A program made the translations under genes and the position numbers. The notes under the pieces are model-generated. The model saw nothing but the letters and a program-made list of their open reading frames with translations, had not been told where the DNA came from and did not search any database. DNA of 61,706 nucleotides, filler included, from Basidiobolus ranarum (lineage: Eukaryota), in NCBI GenBank assembly GCA_040143965.1. It is 7 parts of 7 records of this genome, joined end to end, with 100 filler letters (N's around TTAATTAATTAA, not from the genome) between each part and the next. Parts side by side here need not be neighbours in the genome. Positions count along the whole stretch, not along the records: positions 52,991 to 61,706 come from JASJQH010007809.1; 6 more parts are not named here. One strand, 5' to 3'. Below are positions 53,254 through 61,706 of this stretch, one piece after another; positions within the stretch are counted from its first letter, which is position 1; every line of letters starts with the position of its first letter.

Positions 53254-53837
53254 CTATTGAAGGCGTTCAATATCTTCTTCATTTAAAACATTCTGCTCTA
53301 GCAATTCGTTAACACTTGGTCGGCGATTGATTTTGTTTTCTAACGAATCTTGTAACTGGCTCCGAGCTAACATCGCTTCTTGAGCTTGAAGTGCAGGAGC
53401 AGCTCTGGAGTCTATTATTAAGTATGGTTAAAATTTATGGTGACAGATCAATAGCGTAGAGATATTGATTAAACCTTTTAGAATATTATGTTGAACTAAA
53501 TCTTCTTTAGTGGGTCTATTTTGGATCTTATGGCCCAATTGATCATTAATTTTGGCACGCTCAAGATCTTTCATTGCTGCTTGAAGTGTGGGTGCAACAC
53601 TAGGGTCTAGAATAGCACGTAAGCTTGGGGGAGTAAGGAAAGGGGACAGACTCATTTAAACTCTACCTTTAATAATGTTTTTGTCGACTAACTCCTGGCT
53701 TCCAGGACGATTAGCAAGGAATTGCTCCAACTTCTGTTGATTATCTGTCGGGGATAAGAGCAAATACAAATAGCAAATCATCAATAACAAGTACGAAACA
53801 GTAGAGTGTGAATATCAACCAAGAATGACCTACCCAT
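53254..53837 (-). CDS. RPEL-repeat protein
   Basis: Three RPEL repeats across 4 exons: LEQFLANRPGSQELVDKNII, LGHKIQNRPTKEDLVQHNIL and LENKINRRPSVNELLEQNVL. Confidence 0.88.
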
Positions 53838-54936
53838 TATGATATGTAGTTCAGGTTAGGTTAGTTGAGTTAAGCTGTCTGTCTTGTTCGCTTTTATTGC
53901 TTAAGCAAGAGGAGATTGGAGGAATCGATGAGATAGAAAGGCACGTCTGAGAGGTCTTGATTGACGCCGAAGGTGATTTATATGATTTATACGCTGAATG
54001 CAATCCTAACATCCATTCATTATATTAAATATCCTCTTCACCAATCACAATTGGGTAACGTCTGATGGTAACGGTCACATGGATAAGGGGCAGGACTCGA
54101 AGTGCTGGGGAAGGTCGATTGTAGCACTGATGATATTAGGGTATTTTCGTATTGCTTTGATTGCCGTATATTAATGCATTTGGTGCTACAAATCAAACAT
54201 TCGTGACTTGTTACGATTTCATTACGTAGTGTTTTTAAGAGACCAGCTTTCGGATTTAGTCGAGTCAGGGTTAGGGTTGCATGAGCTACTGCATGTAGAT
54301 CTCTAGTTCCACAGGGTTAGAGGTTAATACGTAATGCAATCCTCCAACCTAGACCCTTATTCTTCATGTTTGGCGCTACCCAGCAATTTAAACATAGTCA
54401 GCTTTGAAAAACGCGAGAATTACGTATTACGTATCGATTCGTGGTATTTACCTCGACTTGCTGCGAAGAAATCATCGATTTTGTTGATAATATATGATTG
54501 GATCCTATGGACCCTAGCGCATTCATGAGCTTAAAGTTTACTAATTGGCATAGTTTCGGAGCTTTATAAGTATATAGATATATAAACATTCCCTAATTGT
54601 TTAATCCGATTACGTTGTTTGGGAAATCACGTGAACTGACGATATACCATTTGATTTACGCCTATTTCCATCAGATATGTATTCATCATATCTATTGTTG
54701 GACAGATTTCTCCATTTTTTAAGTAGATTTCGCTAATTGTTACTGGTTGTCAGTTTGGGCCACTGAAGACACATTCCTCTTTGAATTGTACCGAGTGTTC
54801 TTGTACTTTACTCTTATTTCTTTAAACGCGTACGAGTTGCTGGAAGTATTTATTATAGACAGGTAGATTCTCTGTGAGCCAAAGCTTACTATTTTTATAT
54901 TTAATAACCTCTATTTTCCCTCACTTAGCTACAATA

Positions 54937-56152
54937 ATGAGAGTAATCCCTGTACCTGTCTTAGAAGACAACTACTCGTATTTGATTATAGATGATAAAA
55001 CCGGCGAAGGTAAAAAATACACTACACCAACCATACAAGTTCGATGTTTTAAATATTTCTCGGCTTTCAATATTTAGCTATAGCTGTAGATCCTGCTGAG
55101 CCATCCAAGGTTCTTCAAGCAGCTGCACAAGCGGGCGTCAACATAAAAAGCGTGTTTACTACCCATCACCATTGGTATTCCAAACATTACCAAGTATTTT
55201 TTTTACTATAAAACCATTCTAACCAGCAGTTCTGTTGGGTAGGGACCACGCGGGTGGTAATGTAGAGCTATTGACAATCAAACCAGGACTTCTAATTTAC
55301 GGTGCTGATGCACGTATCCCTCAAATCAACTATGTAGTGAAGAGTAATGAAGAATTTCAGGTTATTTATTAGAAAACTTACTTTTAAGTGAGAAACCACA
55401 AGTTAACTTTCGACACTATATTTCTCTACAATAGGTGGGTTCACTAACTGTGAAAGGGTTGCTCACAGTCGGACATACTAAAGGCAGCGTATCATATTTG
55501 ATTCAAGATGGTAATGAAACAGCGGTATTTACTGGAGATACGTTATTTGTTGGTTAGTATTGATTTTTCACTCTCAATGTCGGTTCTGTTCACTATTTAC
55601 TTAGAATCTATATTAGCTGGTTGTGGGAAATTCTTTGAGGGAACAGCTGAAGATATGTACAATTCATTATGCAACGTTTTGGCCTCATTGCCTCCAGAAA
55701 CAAAAGTATACTGCGGTCATGAGTATACGCGGGCGAACCTTGGGGTAAAGGCAACTTTCCGAATGTAAATCTATCGAGTTTCACGTTTTAACTCAGTCCA
55801 TGATTTTACTAGTTTGCACTCACTATCGAGCCTAATAACACTGCTCTAATGGTAAGATGATTGTTATGTTGGATCTTTGGAAGGTTTGAAACTAACCTTT
55901 TTTATAGAATAAAATCGCCTGGTGCCAATCAAATCTCATTACAGTTCCAAGTACAATCGGAGAGGAATTGATGTATAACCCATTCATGCGAGTTCAGTAA
56001 GTATACTTGGTTACCATTTAGCAGATGGTTTTTGGCTAACAAAGGTGACCAACTCTCTTTACAGTGAGCCCGTAATTCAGCAACATGTGGGCTCGAATAA
56101 TCCAATTGATGTAATGTCTACTTTACGAGAGATGAAGAATAACTTTCAATAA
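54937..56152 (+). CDS. GLO2: Hydroxyacylglutathione hydrolase (glyoxalase II)
   Basis: [48 protein letters not shown] and [16 protein letters not shown], with 7 introns. An upstream exon is possible. Confidence 0.95.
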
Positions 56153-56947
56153 TTATGTTAGTTAAAGTCATTGCTTCATTATATATATATATTCGCTCAT
56201 GAAGCTACATCTCCCTATTCTCACCAAAACTTTTATTTATAAATCATCGAATTAGAATATTTCCCTTTACTGATATAATCTTCAACTCTTTATTTTCAAG
56301 CATCATTACAATCCCTTCAATTTATCATGATTTTAAGGGATAATGTATCATTCGAAAATCGAATCTGAAACTTGCCTCCATTGTACTAATAATGTTATAT
56401 ACTTGCTTTTAAATTGGCAATATGGAGATGTAAGACATCATTGGGCTCAGTATGATACCAATTTTAATTGTTATAATGATACCCAACCCAAATGAACATA
56501 GTTAAATCAATATTTTGCAGTCAGTATGGCTGGGACAAACTTTGGTGGTTGACTTTCTCAGCTCTATATAAGAACTGTTATTTTATAAGGTTATGATATG
56601 AAGTAAAAGATAACATTCAAGCTCATATTTAAGCTTCTATTTCCAACTTTTATCGCTGCTTTTCTTCGTAGCTTAATATATTCACTTAAGTACTTCAACG
56701 CTTTTTCACCTTTGGTCTGGATAGCAAGTGAGAAGGAAAAATATAGTATTTGAGTCTCAATTACTATTGATTCACTATATCTCTGCGAAGCTTTAGGAAT
56801 ACCTCATCTTTTGACTTGATAAAATTTGTCCATGAAACAAATTATTTTTCAAGTATTATGTGATATGCATCGTCAAGGTCAACTTCTCTTCGTAACTCAA
56901 CATAGACAAGTGGTTTGTAAGGTCGAGAAACAAACAAAAAGATATTT

Positions 56948-57040
56948 TTCAAGCTCATATTTGTGATTCTATAGTTCGTTTTATCATCACCAACCCGAAG
57001 GTCTGAGAGTGGTGCATGAATGTTAATGTCATCGCTTGAA
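56948..57040 (-). ncRNA. Box C/D snoRNA, snR55/SNORD33-like (copy 1)
   Basis: Terminal stem TTCAAGC/GCTTGAA, C-like box GCGATGA, guide CATGCACCAC, D' CAGA, UUCG hairpin, C' GTGATGA and D-like ATGA. The guide is antisense to the conserved 18S sequence GUGGUGCAUG; the D'+5 rule points to the U equivalent to yeast Um1269. Confidence 0.8.
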
Positions 57041-57045
57041 GTTTT

Positions 57046-57120
57046 AATCGCAACAGGGATTCGAACCCTGACCTTAGGGAGCCCACTGGATTGTAGGTAA
57101 CCACTAAGCCATATGCAATT
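57046..57120 (-). ncRNA. tRNA-like Pol III leader (copy 1)
   Basis: A box TGGCTTAGTGG, T arm/B box CAGGG-TTCGAAT-CCCTG and acceptor-like stem AATTGCA/TGCGATT. No canonical D-stem 3' strand or anticodon arm. Confidence 0.7.
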
Positions 57121-57699
57121 TCTGGAATATTTTGTAATTCAAATATTATTGGACATGCGATCTATATAATTGAAATTATGAAGAAAAATCTATCCTTCTA
57201 ATAATCTTGTATATCAATCATAACAAATGCTAAAGCCGCGTGATAGTTCACACTAATCAACAATAGAGTGAAAGCTGGATTATTTACCTAAATAATTTGA
57301 TACAGTAGAGACTAGCAACATTTTGGTTTAATGACATTTATTTGCATGAATTCGGCCATTGAAAATGCATTACATCAGTTATGAGAAGATGCACCCAGAA
57401 TGTCCGTATTAGATTTGTGACAGTAGTCACTTACACTTCATCTTATACGCTAACAACGAGTAATTCAATGAATATAATTTACATCGATTATGCCATGGCC
57501 ACCACAAAGTTAATGATTAGACATTTAAATGTTCAATCTCACATCTCACAATGTAAATTATTCCAATACTCCTGTAACAATATTTGTACCGATTGAATTT
57601 ATGCTTTACTTGTTCAAAAACACTTTTGCTAAGCAATAGCAACAATATGATTAACCTATCAAGGATATAAGTGTATTTTCATGAAAATGAAAATATATC

Positions 57700-57770
57700 T
57701 GCGCCGTCCGGGAATCGAACCCGGGGCTAAAGCTTGGGAAGCTTCAATTCTACCACTGTACTAACGGCGC
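57700..57770 (-). tRNA. tRNA-Gly(CCC)
   Basis: GCGCCGTTAGTACAGTGGTAGAATTGAAGCTTCCCAAGCTTTAGCCCCGGGTTCGATTCCCGGACGGCGCA folds as a cloverleaf with anticodon CCC. Confidence 0.95.
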
Positions 57771-57910
57771 TTTTATATTTTGTAAAATCATACCCAACTT
57801 CTCTATCTTACTTCTTTTACAAACTAGAATTAGTACATTAATTTCTGACTTTACCAATACGTAATTTAATAATTGTAATTACTTATATGACTTCTGGTTC
57901 TTTGATGATA

Positions 57911-58089
57911 GATTGTGGCACGAGTTATTGCGCTTCTCCCCATCAATAGACACGAAGGCCTGATTTCAGAGAGAACCGCACCCAACCCATTCCAAATGTT
58001 TCAATCTTCAATTTATATACGGCCTAGTGCTTAATCGACGGACTCCTACGCGGAGCCATCATCGCAAAGGTGCTTTTAGATAAATTGTG
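57911..58089 (-). ncRNA. Box H/ACA snoRNA, snR10/SNORA21-like (copy 1)
   Basis: Two hairpins, an H-like hinge AGATTGAAAC and ACA 3 nt from the end. The 3' pocket UGGGUG/CAAU fits LSU AUUG-UU-CACCCA (yeast Psi2923), 14 nt from ACA. The 5' pocket AAAAGC/CGU fits ACG-UN-GCUUUU. Confidence 0.78.
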
Positions 58090-58610
58090 ATAAATGCGTT
58101 GTAAGTTTTTAATTCTCACTTCACGGTGATATTTATGGTAGAAAATGATTATATGGGATTTTTCCCGATGAAATTTTTCCAAAATTTTGTTCCATAATTG
58201 ACCAAGTTCTATTTTCACAAATTTATGGACTATGTATTCCAAAATCCTACTGGTCAAATCTAATTTGTTGGAAGATAAACTTCAATGGTTGGATCATATA
58301 TGATAGAACCATTCTCAGTATCGGTACTATCGGATAGTGTATGATTAAGAGAGCCTAATGTCCTTTATTCTTGAGTTGACAGCAATTTACAGTATGATAT
58401 TGGATTCTTACATATTGGTAATGTTAAATAAGGATTAACAATTTTAATCGAATCCTATTATATATATATTCACAGATCTCAAAAATATTATCACTATGTT
58501 CTTCATACTGTAACAACACCAAATCATTATCCATCGCTAAGACTAACGTTCCCTTGTAGCTCAATACAGACAAAATAAGTCTGTAATGCCGAGAAACAAG
58601 CTAAAAAATT

Positions 58611-58703
58611 TTCAAGCTCATAAGTTTGATTCTATAGTTCGTTTTATCATCACCGACCCGAAGGTCTGAGAGTGGTGCATGAAGATTAATATCATCGCTT
58701 GAA
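58611..58703 (-). ncRNA. Box C/D snoRNA, snR55/SNORD33-like (copy 2)
   Basis: Same boxes, guide and terminal stem as copy 1. A T6 run follows (A-run at 58603-58608 on the + strand). Confidence 0.8.
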
Positions 58704-58708
58704 GTTTT

Positions 58709-58782
58709 AATCACATCAGGGATTCGAACCCTGACCGCGGGTTATCATTTTATAGGTGGTAACCACTAAGCCATATGTGATT
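58709..58782 (-). ncRNA. tRNA-like Pol III leader (copy 2)
   Basis: A box and T arm identical to copy 1, with a perfect 8-bp stem AATCACAT/ATGTGATT. The central segment differs from copy 1. Confidence 0.7.
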
Positions 58783-59130
58783 GTCAATGAATTATATGTT
58801 AGGATGGATGTTATTTAAATAAATTAATTGTTGTAGCTTGACCACAAAGCCCAAGGAGCCAGCTTCAAATCTCTAGGTATCGAATATAGACGAACTACTC
58901 ATACTTGCCGGATTAGATTTCTGAATTGCGTAAGGGCTCACAATTCATTGCCTTCATCGACATCAAATATGCCAAGCAGTTCCACCTATTTATATAGAGA
59001 AATATTGCGCCGTCCAATAAAGATATTTTGTACATCCTTAATTCTTTCTTAATACAGTTTTGTGTGAGTATTTATTAAAATATGATAATAATCTTCATAA
59101 TTTGGATGATTTTGTTGTAATTTCATAAAT

Positions 59131-59310
59131 TATTGTGGCACGAGTTATTGCGCTTCTCCCCATCAATAGACACGAAGGCCTGATTTCAAAGAGAACCGCA
59201 CCCAACCCATTCCTATTTGTTTCAATCTTCAATTTATATACGGCCTAATGCTTAATCGACGGACTCCTACGCGGAGCCATCATCGCAAAGGTGCTTTTAG
59301 ATAAATTGTG
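59131..59310 (-). ncRNA. Box H/ACA snoRNA, snR10/SNORA21-like (copy 2)
   Basis: Near-identical to 57911-58089; the differences lie outside the guide pockets. Confidence 0.78.
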
Positions 59311-59458
59311 AAAAATGCGTTGTAAGGATTCATGTTTAGTTACGTTCCATATATACTAGTATACATTGGTCTGGGGAATGTGGGAAACAGGATGATATTC
59401 TTAGAATTATAACTAAACTAATTTATTTTGACTCAATGATTGGAATATGTCTGATGAT

Positions 59459-59896
59459 TTACTCATTTTTCTCTAAGATTGTAAAAGCCTCGATTGATTT
59501 TTCATGTGGTTCCAGTCGTAGATTTGTAACATTAGCACTCAAAAATAACTTGTCTTGGTGATTGCCGTCTTCATTTACCGCTTTGAAAGCAAAGAATTCA
59601 CCACCTGGATGGTCTACTTGGAATGTATACTTCATCCCATCAACAGTCAGAGTCGCTTTGTCTCCTTCTTTAGTGCATAAGAAGTTATCTTGAAATAAGA
59701 ATGTGGATTCTTCCGAATCCGTGAGTTCTAGCTCTCCATTTTCGTGGTAAGAAACATATTTTCCGCCATGGTGACGAACAAGTCCGGTTTTGGGAAGGGC
59801 TAGGACAACGCCAACAAACCATAATGTTCAATATAATTGGATCTAAACCACAGAACCAAAAATATTAGATTAGTACTTACTTGTAGCAGGATTCAT
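59459..59896 (-). pseudogene. Small secreted protein gene with an apparent 1-nt frameshift
   Basis: ATG at 59896, an intron of about 40 nt, then an open frame of about 120 codons (LWFVGVVLALPKTGLVRHHGGKYVSY...EKNE*). It joins in frame only if one A near 59828 is removed. Confidence 0.5.
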
Positions 59897-60100
59897 CTCA
59901 AGGCGTCGAATTTTATCAATTATAGAGCTAAAGAAAGTCTATCGGTATCTTATATATTTCCCTTGTCTACACTTACGTCAACTGTATTATGACGAAGGCA
60001 TTTGTGATGCAATTTGCAAATATTAATAAGGTGTAGCCTTCGTCAAATTTATGCATATTTATGGAATTGTTTGCACTCAAGTGGTTTTTTTACATCCAGA

Positions 60101-60120
60101 GGGTTAGGGTTAGGGTTAGG
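60101..60120 (+). repeat. Short interstitial (TTAGGG)n tract
   Basis: GGGTTAGGGTTAGGGTTAGG. Confidence 0.7.
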
Positions 60121-60948
60121 CATGAATTGAAGTGATTGATAATATATTACTCATAATGCATGATCCGTGACTTTTCTCGTGTGAGTTTAATCTGGGTATT
60201 GGCTTAATTTAAACAGATTAGTGGAAATATAATTGATTGGGAAACACAACCTCAACCTACTGTCTAGTAAAAGAACTCCATGACGTGGTGAATTCTGCCT
60301 CATAAGGTATTTGGATGATAGATACTAGTGTCCAAGTAAAACCTCTGTAATGAGATCTAAATGCCCAGCTTTTCACAGTGGGTTCATTGGTGTGGTGAGA
60401 TTTAGGCCTAACCCTACCATGGCTTTGTTACACTCACAGATTTTCCATTGTGTATGTATGAGAATCGCTTGGCTATATAAATAGGTGAATCGAAGGCGTA
60501 GACAGACACTTCACGAAATTCTTATCGCAGCTACTATATTGGGTTTTCCCGGAATGTTTTCAATTGGCGTATACATGTAGCTGATCAGTATAGACTTAAA
60601 ATGTAACAGTCATACTAGGGAAAGCTATATTGATCATTTGCCTGGTGGTGTATCATCAACAGCGTATTGTAAGCGGTGTGTGCAGCATCCGTAGCGTATC
60701 CTAACCCTAAATCTACATTTTTGAGATGAAAAAAATCGATAAACAGTTCCAAAGAGAACCGATCTTGAGTTTGACGACATCCATACGCCGAAAATGGAAT
60801 TTTTTAGATGGGTTAACGTGATCTTGTTTTGTCGGCCTCCATGATTCATGTATATACGCCCATGCTATCGTAATATCTGTATTGATTGGGGTTCTCATGA
60901 GTGATGTTATATAAGATGTATGAAGCTCGGACTAGCTTCCCGCTCTCG

Positions 60949-61706
60949 ATGAAAATGAAAAACATATATTCAATCTCTCTATTCTTGCTGGTCATAGGAA
61001 ATATTGCATTAAACGGCACATCAGCTCCTACTGGTAAGTGAAAAAATCCCCCTTTTTTGCTCAGATTTTAATCCATATTTCAGGAACAAGTGATCTTGAA
61101 AATATTTCAACTTTGGAGTCGACTTCCCGGCCTACCAGTAAAACTAATTTACCAGATAATCCCAATGAGACATCTACAATAAAAGACCTCACTAGTTTAT
61201 CAAAGTCAACTGAAGTAGATCCTTCAAATAGTGAAAATACAACGCCTGATACCACATCTGTGCCCTCGACAACCGATAAACCAACACCCACTACGATGGA
61301 ATCAACTTCAACGACTGAAGAATCGGCATCTACCACGAAAGAGCCCTCGACAACGCAGAAAACAACCTCACTCACATCGGAGCCTTCGACAACTCCAGAG
61401 CCAACTCAAACTCCATCAGAATCTTCGATTGAACAGCCCATGCCCACTACATCGGAGACATCGACAACTCAAGAGAAATCCCCTACTACGTTGGAGCCTT
61501 CAACAACCCAAGAACCAACTCCAACCGTATCAGAATCTTCGACTGAACAGTCCACGCCTACTACATCGGAGCCATCGACAACCCAGGAGACATCCCCTAC
61601 CACGTTGGAGCCTTCAACAACCCAAGAACCAACTCCAACCGCATCAGAATCTTCGACTGAACAGCCCACGTCCACTACATTAGAGCCATCGACAACCCAG
61701 GAGACA
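60949..61706 (+). CDS. Secreted mucin-like Ser/Thr/Glu/Pro-rich protein, 5' part
   Basis: Signal peptide MKMKNIYSISLFLLVIGNIALNG and intron 61034-61083, then an open STEP-rich frame running off the window end. Confidence 0.8.
61375..61706 (+). repeat. 114-bp (38-aa) coding tandem repeat, about 3 units
   Basis: TCAGAATCTTCGA recurs at 61416, 61530 and 61644. Confidence 0.9.

Noticed and set aside
45817-56152. Possible thiol-metabolism cluster (OvoA with glyoxalase II, or with the MFS transporter)
   Set aside because: The genes lie on different contigs separated by artificial spacers.
57046-57120. Calling the leader a functional tRNA or tRNA-Sec
   Set aside because: There is no D-stem complement and no consistent anticodon arm, and the middle differs between the two copies.
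57911-58089. Telomerase RNA, snR30/U17 or snRNA identity for the duplicated RNA
   Set aside because: No CCCTAA template, no m1/m2 motifs and no recognisable snRNA signature. The guide pockets fit snR10/SNORA21.
61061-61683. ORF-track frames 61231-61683 (+) and the Val-rich minus-strand ORFs
   Set aside because: They are shadow frames of the STEP-rich repeat exon.

Overview
This is eukaryotic DNA with short GT-AG introns, most likely from an early-diverging (non-Dikarya) fungus; the taxon is inferred from gene content only. The window is not one locus. It is seven unrelated, size-sorted contigs (8740, 8738, 8735, 8731, 8725, 8721 and 8716 bp) joined by 100-bp N/TTAATTAATTAA/N spacers. Protein genes: cohesin SCC3/STAG, a divergent histone H2A, a 14-3-3 3' end, a chromodomain protein, PAN3, HRD1 (5' part), an ABCG 3' end, a UNC93-like MFS protein, a GPI-type Ser/Thr-rich protein, RICTOR (5' part), a SIVA-like zinc finger missed by the ORF track, an MFSD1-like transporter, an RPEL protein, glyoxalase II and a mucin-like repeat protein. 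Contigs 2 and 4 carry CpG-depleted copia and gypsy relics; the copia family has a half-tRNA-iMet primer site. Two things stand out. (1) An intact, intron-containing, three-domain ovothiol synthase OvoA lies at 45817-48424, which is unexpected in a fungus. (2) A tandemly duplicated ncRNA cluster lies at 56.9-59.3 kb. In it a tRNA-like Pol III leader (A/B boxes, T arm, covarying acceptor-like stem, no conserved anticodon arm) is fused to a snR55/SNORD33-like C/D snoRNA, next to tRNA-Gly(CCC) and a dual-guide snR10/SNORA21-like H/ACA snoRNA.
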